From NCBI GenBank assembly GCA_963761335.1, contig CAVXGR010000017.1, positions 160,001-224,000 on the forward strand: a DNA stretch of 64,000 nucleotides. Reading direction: 5' to 3'. Positions 1-12,238 of this stretch are shown here, in pieces. The notes beneath the pieces were generated by a model that had not been told where the DNA came from, did not search any database, and was given only the letters and a program-made list of their open reading frames with translations. Every line of letters begins with the position of its first letter. Position 1 is the first letter of the stretch. This stretch comes from an uncultured delta proteobacterium (GTDB lineage: Bacteria > Desulfobacterota > Binatia > HRBIN30 > BPIQ01). A program made the translations under genes and the position numbers.

Positions 1-270
1 GAGCGCGCCTCGACCGCGGACCTCTTTGCGCAACCGCTGCATCCCTATGCCCGCGGCCTGCTCGACTCGATTCCCCGCATCGGCGCCGACCGCCGTCGCC
101 TGCGGGCGATTCCGGGGACAGTGCCGGACCCGTTGCACCTGCCGAGCGGCTGCCGCTTTCGCGACCGCTGCCCGATCGCCATCGCCGCCTGCGCCGAGAT
201 TGATCCGCCCCTCGAGGAGTTCCGCCCGGGACACGCGGCGGCGTGCATCCGCGCCGGGGAGAGCGCCTGA
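1..270 (+). CDS. Oligopeptide/dipeptide ABC transporter ATP-binding protein, C-terminal part (5' truncated by window edge)
   Basis: Frame 1 reads [14 protein letters not shown]...[11 protein letters not shown]...AAC, the oligo_HPY C-terminal domain; TGA at 268-270 overlaps the next ATG. Confidence 0.85.
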   Translation, partial: ERASTADLFAQPLHPYARGLLDSIPRIGADRRRLRAIPGTVPDPLHLPSGCRFRDRCPIAIAACAEIDPPLEEFRPGHAAACIRAGESA

Positions 271-1238
271 TGGCGGAACCCCTGGTCGAAGCCCGCCAGC
301 TGCGCAAGTACTTTCCGGTGCGCCGCCGCTTGCTGGGCCCGCGCCAGCACCTGCGGGCCGTGGACGGCGTCGATCTGCGCTTGTTTCCCGGCGAGACCCT
401 CGGCGTGGTCGGCGAATCCGGTTGTGGCAAGTCGACGCTCGGACGCCTGCTCCTCCGGCTCCTCGAGCCCACCGGCGGCGAGGTGCGCTTCCAGGGCGTC
501 GATCTCGGGTCGCTGCCGGCGACGGAGCTGCGCCGCCGCCGGCGGGACATGCAGATGATCTTCCAGGACCCCTACGGCTCCCTCGATCCGCGCATGCGCG
601 TCGGCGACATTGTCGGCGAGGGCATCGACATCCACCGCCTGGCGCGCGGCGAGGAGCGGCGCCAGCGCATCGCCGAGCTGCTGCGGCGCGTGGGTCTGCA
701 GCCGGACGCCGCCGAGCGCTACCCTCACGAGTTCAGCGGCGGCCAGCGACAGCGGATCGGCATCGCCCGGGCGCTCGCCGTCGGGCCTCGGCTGATCGTC
801 GCCGACGAGCCGGTCTCGGCGCTCGACGTCTCGATCCAGGCGCAGATCGTCAATCTCCTGCAGGACCTGCAGGAGGAAGGCGGCCTCACCTACCTGTTCA
901 TTGCGCACGATCTGCGGGTTGTGGAACATATCAGCCACCGAGTGGCCATCATGTACCTGGGAAAGATCGTCGAGCTCGCCGAGCGCGCCGAGCTGTACCG
1001 CAATCCGCGGCATCCCTACACGCGGGCGCTGCTGTCGGCGGTTCCGACGCCCGACCCGGCGGCGCGAGGCGAGCGTATCGTCCTGCCCGGCGACGTTCCC
1101 AGCCCGGTGCACCCGCCGCCCGGCTGCCCGTTTCACCCGCGCTGCGCCTTCGCCGAAGAGCGCTGTCGTCGCGAGATTCCGCCGCTGATCGCCGGCGCCG
1201 GCGGCCATGCCGTCGCCTGCCACGTGTTTCCCGCCTGA
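270..1238 (+). CDS. Oligopeptide/dipeptide ABC transporter ATP-binding protein (OppF/DppF-like)
   Basis: Walker [17 protein letters not shown] signature, [13 protein letters not shown] and GCPFHPRC motifs. Confidence 0.93.
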   Translation: MAEPLVEARQLRKYFPVRRRLLGPRQHLRAVDGVDLRLFPGETLGVVGESGCGKSTLGRLLLRLLEPTGGEVRFQGVDLGSLPATELRRRRRDMQMIFQDPYGSLDPRMRVGDIVGEGIDIHRLARGEERRQRIAELLRRVGLQPDAAERYPHEFSGGQRQRIGIARALAVGPRLIVADEPVSALDVSIQAQIVNLLQDLQEEGGLTYLFIAHDLRVVEHISHRVAIMYLGKIVELAERAELYRNPRHPYTRALLSAVPTPDPAARGERIVLPGDVPSPVHPPPGCPFHPRCAFAEERCRREIPPLIAGAGGHAVACHVFPA

Positions 1239-1251
1239 GAGGCCGTGCCGC

Positions 1252-1653
1252 ATGGAACGCAAGCCACCCCTGCCGGCAACCGCCGCGCCACGCCCTCGTC
1301 CTACTCCCGCCGACGCCGACTTCCTCGGCCGGCAGCTCATTCCCTCGACTCTGGGCACCGAGCGGCCGGTGACCGGCAAGCTGAGCTTCTCGGCGCCGAC
1401 GCGTATCGACGGCGCGCTGCGCGGCGAGGTGCGCGGCACCGAGCTGCTGGTCATCGGCAAGAGCGGCTCAGTCACCGGCAAGGTGCGCGCCCCTCATGTC
1501 GTGGTCCTGGGAGTGGTGCGCGGTGACGTGCGCGGCGAGCTCGTCGAGGTCGCCGACGGTGGTCGCCTGCTGGGCTCGGTCGAAGCTCGCGCTCTGGTGA
1601 TCAGCCCCGGCGGTCTCTTCGACGGCGATTGCCGGATGCCCTCGCGGCGGTGA
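1252..1653 (+). CDS. Bactofilin / polymer-forming cytoskeletal protein
   Basis: Beta-helix pattern GKLSF..RIDGALRGEV..LVIGKSGSVTGKV..GGLFDGDCRM. Confidence 0.85.
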   Translation: MERKPPLPATAAPRPRPTPADADFLGRQLIPSTLGTERPVTGKLSFSAPTRIDGALRGEVRGTELLVIGKSGSVTGKVRAPHVVVLGVVRGDVRGELVEVADGGRLLGSVEARALVISPGGLFDGDCRMPSRR

Positions 1654-1704
1654 GAGAGACCGCGGAGGCGAACGGAACGGCCGGCGCCGCCTAGTGCTGC
1701 TCCG

Positions 1705-2505
1705 TTAGGCGGCGCGGCGGAGAATGTCGATCATCTGCGAGTGGATGTGCCCGTTGCTGGCCAGCGTCTGGCCGCGCAGCAGCCGCACGGGGTTGCCGGA
1801 ATGATCGGTCACCGTGCCGCCCGCCTCCTCGACGATCAGCGCCCCGGCGGCGATGTCCCAGGGGCGCAGCGACCATTCCCAGAAGCCGTCGAAGCGGCCG
1901 CTGGCGACGTAGCAGAGGTCGAGCGCGGCCGAGCCGAAGCGGCGGATATCGCGGGCGGTGCGGATGAAATCGCGAAACAAGTCGACGTAGAAGTCGGGGT
2001 GCTCGCGCCGGTCGTGGGGGAAGCCGGTTGCCAGCAGGGCCTCGTCCAGGGTAGCGGTAGGCGAGGTGGATATCCGATGCTCGTTCCTCCAGGCGCCGCC
2101 GTGGCGTTGGGCGTGAAACATCTCGTCGCGGAGCGGATCGTACACGGCGCCGGCGGAGACGATCCCGCGGTGGGCGACGGCGACGGAGACGCTGAAGTGC
2201 GGGCAGGAGTGCACCCAGTTGGTGGTGCCGTCGAGTGGGTCGATGATCCAGCAGTACTCCGGCTCCGCCGGATCGCCGATGGCGGCGCCGGCGGCGGCGG
2301 CGCTCTCCTCGGCGAGCACGGCGTGATCCGGATAGGCGCGGCGGATGGCGTCGACGATCAGCCCCTCGGCGGCGCGATCGCAATCGGTGACCAGATCGAC
2401 GGCGTGCTCCTTGGTGTAGACCCGCCGCGGCTGGTCCCAGTAGCGCCGCAGCAGGCCGCCGGCGTCGCGGGCGACCTGCTGGGCAAACTCCGCCAGCTCC
2501 AGCAT
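1705..2505 (-). CDS. suhB: Inositol monophosphatase family protein
   Basis: DLVTDCD, WIIDPLDGTTN, RRFGSAALDL, PWDIAAG motifs; start taken at ATG 2505. Confidence 0.9.
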   Translation of the reverse strand: MLELAEFAQQVARDAGGLLRRYWDQPRRVYTKEHAVDLVTDCDRAAEGLIVDAIRRAYPDHAVLAEESAAAAGAAIGDPAEPEYCWIIDPLDGTTNWVHSCPHFSVSVAVAHRGIVSAGAVYDPLRDEMFHAQRHGGAWRNEHRISTSPTATLDEALLATGFPHDRREHPDFYVDLFRDFIRTARDIRRFGSAALDLCYVASGRFDGFWEWSLRPWDIAAGALIVEEAGGTVTDHSGNPVRLLRGQTLASNGHIHSQMIDILRRAA

Positions 2506-2647
2506 GGGCCAGCGACCTGCCACAAGACGGGGAGGAGCGCAATCCGCATTTCCGCGAGCGCGCCGGCTCGGCTGATCGCGGGCAGCTCCCCGATGTCGGA
2601 TATTGAGAAGCACGATTGCTGCTCGTCCTGGCCGCTGCGGGCGTGGG

Positions 2648-2793
2648 TCCCCTCTCCCGCATTGCCTGCGGGGGAAGAGGGCCAGGGTGAGGGTGCCGAT
2701 CTTTTTGTAGGCCGCGAAGATCCGCGACCTCTCAGTGAGAACGGGACCCCTCTCCTCAGTCCTCTCCCCGCGGAAATGCGGGGAGAGGGGACT
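2648..2793. repeat. Paired REP-like palindromes (CCCCTCTCCC...GGGAGAGGG type)
   Basis: Two imperfect hairpins in inverted arrangement in the suhB/ispE intergenic region. Confidence 0.6.
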
Positions 2794-2870
2794 TGGTGCG
2801 GCGGTCGCGGAAATAATCGCAAGCGTCACTTGGGGCGTTACCCGGGCGCCAGCCCGCTCTCCCGCATCGA

Positions 2871-3788
2871 TTGCGGCAGAGCGGCAGGGTGAGGGCACCG
2901 ATCTCCCCTGCGGCAAAGCGTCTGCGGGTCGACGCTCCTGCCAAGGTCAACCTCGGCCTGCGGATCGTCGGCCGCCGCGCCGACGGCTACCACCTCCTCG
3001 ATTCGCTGATGGTCCCCGTCAGCTTCGGCGACACCGTCGAGATCGGCGCGGACGCCCGCGCCGGCGACATTCATCTCGAGTGCAGCGAGGCAGAGCTTCC
3101 GGCCGGCGAGGACAATCTCGCCTGGCGCGCCGCGGCGCTGATGCGCCGGCGTCTGCGGCGGCAAGGGGGGGTTCGCCTCCGCCTGCAAAAGCGCATACCG
3201 GCAGGCGCCGGGCTCGGCGGCGGCAGCGCCGATGCCGCCGCCGTGCTCGTCGGCCTCGACGCCATGTGGGGAACCCGGCTGTCGCTGGCGGCGCTGGCGG
3301 ATCTGGGGGCCGAGCTGGGCGCCGATGTCCCCTTCGCGGTCCATTGCCGGCCGGCGGTCGTGCGCGGCATCGGCGAGCAATTGACGCCCCTGAGAGGCTT
3401 CAGGCGGCGCTGGCTGGTGCTCGTCTGGCCGGGCTTTCCGATCTCCACGGCATGGGCCTACGGGCAGCTCCGCCGTTCATTGACAAACGCGGTTCCCGCC
3501 CCTATGATCCTCCCCTCCGCGCGGGGCCGCCGGGCTTTGCGCAGTATCCTGTGGAATGACTTGGAAGCGGTAGCCACTGCGGCGTACCCCGAAATCGTAT
3601 CGATAAAGGAGAGAATTTTAGCGCTCGGCGCCGAGGGTGCGTTGATGAGCGGCAGCGGCTCCGCGTGCTTCGGGCTATTCGGTGAGGCGTCGCAGGCAGC
3701 ACGTGCCGCCGCCGCGCTGCGGCGGTCGGGCTTGTGGGCAGAAGCGGTTCATACGATAGAGAGAAGGCCGCCGTTCCGAGTGAGGTGA
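2871..3788 (+). CDS. ispE: 4-diphosphocytidyl-2-C-methyl-D-erythritol kinase
   Basis: APAKVNLGL, GYHLL, IPAGAGLGGGSADAA, GADVPF, MSGSGS; start codon uncertain. Confidence 0.95.
   Translation: MRQSGRVRAPISPAAKRLRVDAPAKVNLGLRIVGRRADGYHLLDSLMVPVSFGDTVEIGADARAGDIHLECSEAELPAGEDNLAWRAAALMRRRLRRQGGVRLRLQKRIPAGAGLGGGSADAAAVLVGLDAMWGTRLSLAALADLGAELGADVPFAVHCRPAVVRGIGEQLTPLRGFRRRWLVLVWPGFPISTAWAYGQLRRSLTNAVPAPMILPSARGRRALRSILWNDLEAVATAAYPEIVSIKERILALGAEGALMSGSGSACFGLFGEASQAARAAAALRRSGLWAEAVHTIERRPPFRVR
3480..3508 (+). promoter_or_regulatory. Sigma70-type promoter inside ispE, upstream of tRNA-Gln-prs
   Basis: TTGACA (3480-3485), 17 nt spacer, TATGAT (3503-3508). Confidence 0.7.
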
Positions 3789-3860
3789 TGGGCGGTCGCC
3801 AAGCGGTAAGGCACCGGACTTTGGATCCGGTATTCGAAGGTTCGAATCCTTCCCGCCCAG
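3789..3860 (+). tRNA. tRNA-Gln (TTG), CCA not encoded
   Basis: Acceptor TGGGCGG/CCGCCCA, anticodon arm CCGGA-CTTTGGA-TCCGG, T arm GAAGG-TTCGAAT-CCTTC. Confidence 0.96.
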
Positions 3861-3897
3861 CTCTCTCGGAACCAAGGGCAGTTCGGTCAGGTAGACA

Positions 3898-4842
3898 GTG
3901 AGAGACGAGGTCCAGATATTTGCGGGGAATTCCAATCCCCTGCTCGCCGAGGAGGTGTGCAAGCACCTGGGCGTCCGCCTCGGCAATGCCGACGTGCGCC
4001 GCTTCAGCGACGGCGAGATCAACGTGCGCATCGCCGACAACGTGCGCGGCGGCGACGTCTTCGTCATCCAGTCCACCTGCACGCCGGTGAACGACAACCT
4101 CATCGAGCTGCTGCTGATGATCGACGCCTTCCGGCGGGCCTCGGCGTCGCGGATCACTGCCGTGTGCCCCTACTTCGGGTACGCCCGGCAGGACCGCAAG
4201 GTGGACCCGCGCGTGCCGATCAGCGCCAAGGTGGTGGCCGACCTGGTGACCACGGCGGGGGCCTCGCGCGTGCTGACCGTCGATCTGCACGCCGGCCAGA
4301 TCCAGGGCTTCTTCAACATTCCGGTGGACAACCTCTTTGCCACGCCCGTGCTCCTCAACTACGCCAAGCAGCGCCTGCCCCGCGATGGCGTGGCGGTGGT
4401 CTCCCCGGATCCCGGGGGTGTGGAGCGGGCCCGGGCCTTCGCCAAACGGCTGAATGCCGGCCTGGCCATCATCGACAAGCGCCGCCAGCGCGCCAACGAG
4501 GTGGCCGAGATGCGCGTCGTCGGCGAAGTCGATGGACAGAAGGCCGTGATCGTCGACGACATCGTCGACACCGCCGGCACGCTGGCAGCAGCGGCCTCGG
4601 CGCTGACCAAGTCGGGAGCGACCGAGGTTCTGGCCTTCTGCACCCACGCGGTGCTCTCCGGCCCGGCCATCCAGCGCATCAACGACTCGGCCCTGGCCGA
4701 GGTGGTGGTGACCAACACCATTCCCACCTGCGAGGGCGCGCGGCAGTGCTCGAAGATTCGCGTGCTCTCGATCGCGCACCTCATCGGCGAGGCGATTCGG
4801 CGCACCCACAACGAGGAATCGATCAGCTCTCTGTTCGTCTGA
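3898..4842 (+). CDS. prs: Ribose-phosphate pyrophosphokinase
   Basis: [44 protein letters not shown]. Confidence 0.97.
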   Translation: MRDEVQIFAGNSNPLLAEEVCKHLGVRLGNADVRRFSDGEINVRIADNVRGGDVFVIQSTCTPVNDNLIELLLMIDAFRRASASRITAVCPYFGYARQDRKVDPRVPISAKVVADLVTTAGASRVLTVDLHAGQIQGFFNIPVDNLFATPVLLNYAKQRLPRDGVAVVSPDPGGVERARAFAKRLNAGLAIIDKRRQRANEVAEMRVVGEVDGQKAVIVDDIVDTAGTLAAAASALTKSGATEVLAFCTHAVLSGPAIQRINDSALAEVVVTNTIPTCEGARQCSKIRVLSIAHLIGEAIRRTHNEESISSLFV

Positions 4843-4855
4843 AAGGAGAACCCAG

Positions 4856-5524
4856 ATGGAAACCATAGAGATCGCCGCGGCTCTGCGCGCGCAAACCGGC
4901 AAGGGCGCGAATCGCCGTCTGCGCGTCGCCGGCAAGGTGCCGGCGACGTTCTACGGTCCCAAGCGCCAGACGCTCTCCATCGAGGTCGACGCCAAGGAGT
5001 TCGACACCAAGCTCACCAAGGTGGAGGGCTCGCACCTGATTCGCATGAAGTCGGATGCCCCCGAGCTGGAAGGGTGCGTGGCGCTGCTGCGCGAGACGCA
5101 GAGCGAGCCGGTCAGTGGCCGCCCGGTGCACGCCGATTTTCTGGAGATCGATCTCACCAAGAAGCTGGAGGTGCGGGTGCCTCTCCACTACGTCGGCAAG
5201 GCCATCGGAGTCGCCCTGCAGGGCGGGATTCTGCAGCCGATCCAGCGCGAGCTGGAGGTGGTCTGCCTGCCCACGGATATTCCCGAGTTCGTCGAGGTCG
5301 ACGTCTCCGGGCTCAACATTCACGACGTGCTGCACGTCTCGGACCTCAAGCTCCCTGCCGGCGTCGAGGGCGCCAGCGAGGCGGATCTGGCGCTGGTCAC
5401 GGTGATGCCGCCGACCGTCGAGGAGGTGAAGGTCGAGGCGGCCGAAGGGGTCGTGGCCGAAGCCGCGCCGGCGGCCGGTGCCGAGGCGGCCAAGCCCGAG
5501 GAAAAGAAGGGTGGCGCTGCCTAG
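4856..5524 (+). CDS. rplY: 50S ribosomal protein L25 / general stress protein Ctc
   Basis: GKGANRRLR..GKVPA..HADF plus TL5-type C-terminal domain; synteny with prs and pth. Confidence 0.95.
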   Translation: METIEIAAALRAQTGKGANRRLRVAGKVPATFYGPKRQTLSIEVDAKEFDTKLTKVEGSHLIRMKSDAPELEGCVALLRETQSEPVSGRPVHADFLEIDLTKKLEVRVPLHYVGKAIGVALQGGILQPIQRELEVVCLPTDIPEFVEVDVSGLNIHDVLHVSDLKLPAGVEGASEADLALVTVMPPTVEEVKVEAAEGVVAEAAPAAGAEAAKPEEKKGGAA

Positions 5525-5530
5525 CTCCCA

Positions 5531-6133
5531 ATGCGCACCGTCGTCGGTCTGGGAAACCCGGGCGACGAGTACGCCGGCACGCGCCACAACGTCGGCTTCG
5601 AGGTGGTGGAACGACTGGCGCGGCGCCGGGGCGTCGCCTTCAATCGCCCTCGCCGCGGCTCCCGCGTGGCCCGCACCTCGTGCGCGGGCACTGCCGTGCT
5701 GCTGGTGGAGCCGCTGATGTTCATGAACTGCTCCGGCGACGCCATGGCGCGGCTCGACGCCGATCTGCGGCCGGCTGCCGCGGAGATGATCGTCGTCCAT
5801 GACGACCTCGATCTCGCCTGCGGTCGAGTGGCCGTGAAGCGCGGCGGTGGCACCGGCGGGCACCGCGGGCTGGCATCGCTGGTCGCCTGGGGCGGCGGCG
5901 ATTTCGCGCGCGTGCGCCTCGGCATCGGACGTCCCGCCGCCGGCGAGGACGTGACCGGATTCGTCCTGCGGCGCTTTCGGCGCGACGAGCGAGAGTTGAT
6001 CGACGCCGGCCTCGAGCGCGCCGCTGACGCCGTCGAGGCCATCCTGACCGACGGCGTGGAGCGCGCCATGAACTCTTTCAACACGCGGCCGGTGGCGGCC
6101 GACTCCCCATCGGGGAACCAGAGGAGACAGTGA
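5531..6133 (+). CDS. pth: Peptidyl-tRNA hydrolase
   Basis: VGLGNPG..TRHNVGF, FMN, VVHDDLD, GGH, RVRLGIGRP. Confidence 0.95.
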   Translation: MRTVVGLGNPGDEYAGTRHNVGFEVVERLARRRGVAFNRPRRGSRVARTSCAGTAVLLVEPLMFMNCSGDAMARLDADLRPAAAEMIVVHDDLDLACGRVAVKRGGGTGGHRGLASLVAWGGGDFARVRLGIGRPAAGEDVTGFVLRRFRRDERELIDAGLERAADAVEAILTDGVERAMNSFNTRPVAADSPSGNQRRQ

Positions 6134-6519
6134 TGTATCCATACGAGACCTTGTTCATCCTGCAGCCCGAGCTGCCGGAAGCGCAGATTCGCGAGACCAT
6201 TGACCGCGCCAAGCGGCTGATCGAAGGCCTCGAGGGCACCGTTTCCGACGTCAACGAGTGGGGAATTCGCGACCTCGCCTACCAGATTGAAAAGCACAGC
6301 CGCGGCTACTATGTCCTCCTCGAGTACACCGCCAAGCCTGCGGTCGTCTGGGAGCTCGAGCGGACCATGAAGATCGCCGACGAGGTGCTGCGCTTCGTCA
6401 CCGTGCGACGGCGGCCGAAGCGAGTGATCAAGAAACGCAAGGAGAAGGCGGAACGCCCGCAGCCGCCGCGCGAAGAGAGCCAGCCGGAAGCCGTCGGATC
6501 CGTGTCAGAGGAGGTCTAG
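6133..6519 (+). CDS. rpsF: 30S ribosomal protein S6
   Basis: YETLFILQP..WGIRDLAYQI..GYY..VLRF. Confidence 0.95.
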   Translation: MYPYETLFILQPELPEAQIRETIDRAKRLIEGLEGTVSDVNEWGIRDLAYQIEKHSRGYYVLLEYTAKPAVVWELERTMKIADEVLRFVTVRRRPKRVIKKRKEKAERPQPPREESQPEAVGSVSEEV

Positions 6520-6528
6520 GAGAAAGCC

Positions 6529-6825
6529 ATGGCAAGAGAGGGAAGCAAGGGCCGCGGCAAGCGTGGCGCGGGTCGCGGCGACGACAAGAACATCTTCCGC
6601 CGGCGCGGGCCCGGCCGGCGCAAGGTCTGCCGCTTCTGCGCCGAAAAGGAGTCGGCCATCGACTACAAGGACTCCCGCACGCTGTCGAACTTCGTGACCG
6701 AGCGGGGCAAGATCGTCCCCAGCCGGATCACCGGGAACTGCGCTCGGCATCAGCGCCAGCTCACCACCGCCATCAAGCGGGCGCGCACGGTGGCCCTGCT
6801 GCCGTTCACTACGGTGCACGCCTGA
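6529..6825 (+). CDS. rpsR: 30S ribosomal protein S18 (Zn-binding type)
   Basis: [38 protein letters not shown]. Confidence 0.96.
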   Translation: MAREGSKGRGKRGAGRGDDKNIFRRRGPGRRKVCRFCAEKESAIDYKDSRTLSNFVTERGKIVPSRITGNCARHQRQLTTAIKRARTVALLPFTTVHA

Positions 6826-6853
6826 GCCAGGCGGGGCCCGCGAGGAAGATGCG

Positions 6854-7300
6854 ATGGAAGTGATTCTCAAAGAGGAAGTCGCGAAGCTCGGATCGATCGG
6901 CGACATCGTCAAGGTGAAGGCAGGCTTTGCACGCAACTACCTGCTGCCGCGCGGCATGGCCGTGCTCGCCGACCGCCGCAATACGAGCGCCATGGAGCAC
7001 CAGAAGCGGATCGCCGGCGAGAAGCGCGAGCGCGATCTGCGCGCCTCCAAGAACCTGGCGGGCAACATCGAGTCGCTCACCGTGACCATCGCCGCGCGCG
7101 CCGGCGAAGAGGGCAAGCTGTTCGGCTCGGTCACCAATCAGGACATCGAGCGCGCCCTGCAGGAGAAGGGCTTCAGCATCGAGCGCCGCCGCATCCGCCT
7201 CGACGAGCCGATCAAGTCGCTCGGGCAGCACACGGTGGTCGTGCATTTGCCTCTCAGCGTCGAGGCCAAGATCACCGTCTCGGTCGTCCCGGAAGAGTAG
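6854..7300 (+). CDS. rplI: 50S ribosomal protein L9
   Basis: VKVKAGFARNYLLP, GKLFGSVT, PIKSLG. Confidence 0.96.
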   Translation: MEVILKEEVAKLGSIGDIVKVKAGFARNYLLPRGMAVLADRRNTSAMEHQKRIAGEKRERDLRASKNLAGNIESLTVTIAARAGEEGKLFGSVTNQDIERALQEKGFSIERRRIRLDEPIKSLGQHTVVVHLPLSVEAKITVSVVPEE

Positions 7301-7320
7301 AAGAGGCGTCCCGCCTCTTC
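7296..7320. repeat. Short GTAG-type REP hairpin after rplI (possible terminator)
   Basis: AGTAGAAGAGGCGTCCCGCCTCTTC, related to copies at 14768, 17924, 18842, 23722. Confidence 0.5.
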
Positions 7321-7383
7321 CTTCGTTCCCGGTTCTCGTTCCGTCGTTTTTCATTGTTCTGGAGCCGCGCGAGATTGATCAGC
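7318..7383. repeat. Single arm of the MITE-like element seen at 30298 and 41911
   Basis: CCCGGTTCTCGTTCCGTCGTTTTTCATTGTTCTG matches the reverse complement of the right arm near 42000-42050. Confidence 0.6.
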
Positions 7384-7395
7384 TGTCGGCGATCG

Positions 7396-8376
7396 ATGCG
7401 CACCCTCGGGCTCGCCGTCCTGCTTTTTCTCGCCGCCGCGCCGGCTCCTGCCTGGACGATCTCCGCTGCCTCCTCCGACCCCACGCCCCTCGCCGCGGGG
7501 CCGGGCGCCTCGGAGCTGAGCGGCATCACCTGGGCCGGCGGCGATCGATATTACGCCGTCTCCGATGACCTCCCGCGCCTCTTCAGGCTCGCAGTCGCCA
7601 TCGCGCCGAGCTCCGGAGCCATCGTCTCGGCGCGGGTCGAACACGCCGTGCCGCTGGCGTCGGGCTCGGATCTCGAGGGAGTGGCCTACGATCGCTCGAA
7701 GGGCGCCGTCTTCGTCACCGACGAGGAGGGCCCGATGCTGCGCGAGTACAGCGTCGCCGATGGCGGGATCCTTCGCCGCGTGCCGCTGCCTCGGGTCTTC
7801 TATCGCTATCGCACCAATCTGAGCCTCGAGTCCGTCTCCCTCGCACCCGGCCGCGACTGTCTGTGGATCGCCAACGAGGAGGCGCTGAAGGGCGACGGCC
7901 CGATCTCGTCCACGACCGCGGGCACGCGGGTACGGCTGCAGAAATTCGATGCCTCACTGGAGCCCGTGGGGCAGTGGGCCTACGTCACCGATCCCATTCC
8001 CGGGGAGCTCGGAGACACCGGCCGTCACCTCGAGGCCAGCGGCGTATCCGACCTTCTGGCGCTGCCCGACGGCGGCCTTCTGGTCCTCGAGCGGGCCTTC
8101 GGCACGGCGCCGTTCGGCTTTCGCATTCGCATCTACGCCGTCGATTTTCGCGGCGCCACCGATGTCTCTCGCCTGCCGAGCCTGAAGGGAGGCGATTTCG
8201 CACCGGTGCAGAAGTCGCTTCTCTGGGAGGGCCGCTTCGCACTCGACAACTTCGAGGGCATGGCCCTCGGCCCGCGGCTCTCCGGTGGGGCCTACAGCGT
8301 TCTGCTCGTCTCCGACGACGGCAGCGGCATGAGGCAGGACCTCTACGCCCTGCGGCTGGCGCCCTCACGCCAGTAA
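7396..8376 (+). CDS. Secreted esterase-like activity of phytase family protein (beta-propeller)
   Basis: Signal peptide, ELSGI, AVSDD, DLEG, LLVLER, DNFEGM, LVSDD. Confidence 0.8.
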   Translation: MRTLGLAVLLFLAAAPAPAWTISAASSDPTPLAAGPGASELSGITWAGGDRYYAVSDDLPRLFRLAVAIAPSSGAIVSARVEHAVPLASGSDLEGVAYDRSKGAVFVTDEEGPMLREYSVADGGILRRVPLPRVFYRYRTNLSLESVSLAPGRDCLWIANEEALKGDGPISSTTAGTRVRLQKFDASLEPVGQWAYVTDPIPGELGDTGRHLEASGVSDLLALPDGGLLVLERAFGTAPFGFRIRIYAVDFRGATDVSRLPSLKGGDFAPVQKSLLWEGRFALDNFEGMALGPRLSGGAYSVLLVSDDGSGMRQDLYALRLAPSRQ

Positions 8377-8453
8377 GGGGACTGGCTCCTCTTCGGCGCA
8401 CGAAGACTTCGAGCACGGTCCCGGGCCTCGCCGCCGAAGAGGTGCCTGTCCCC
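8377..8453. repeat. REP-like palindrome GGGGACTGGCTCC...GGTGCCTGTCCCC between convergent genes
   Basis: Inverted arms with a variable spacer; near-identical arms at 44071-44143. Confidence 0.7.
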
Positions 8454-8499
8454 GGAGTTTCCGGGAGCGCGGCCCGCTGGGCCGTCTCTGCTGTCTTCG

Positions 8500-12060
<3,561 letters not shown>

Positions 12061-12238
12061 TGAACTGATACCTGTACTCTACCGGGGTGGGCTATGCCAA
12101 CCTCGTTGGCGGGCACGGATGTGGAAAGGTTTTCCCACATGCCCGCGCCCCTTCCGGGGCGACCAGTTTCCCGCGACAAATCACCGCAGGGCGGCGATTT
12201 GACGCGGGCCACCCCTCGGCGCACACGAAAGGGATCCC

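Noticed and set aside
3789..3860. tRNA as an island integration site
   Set aside because: Flanked by the conserved ispE and prs genes; no duplicated tRNA 3' end or integrase nearby
12061..12238. SAM or cobalamin riboswitch upstream of metH
   Set aside because: Hairpins exist but I could not match conserved riboswitch core motifs; needs an Rfam scan
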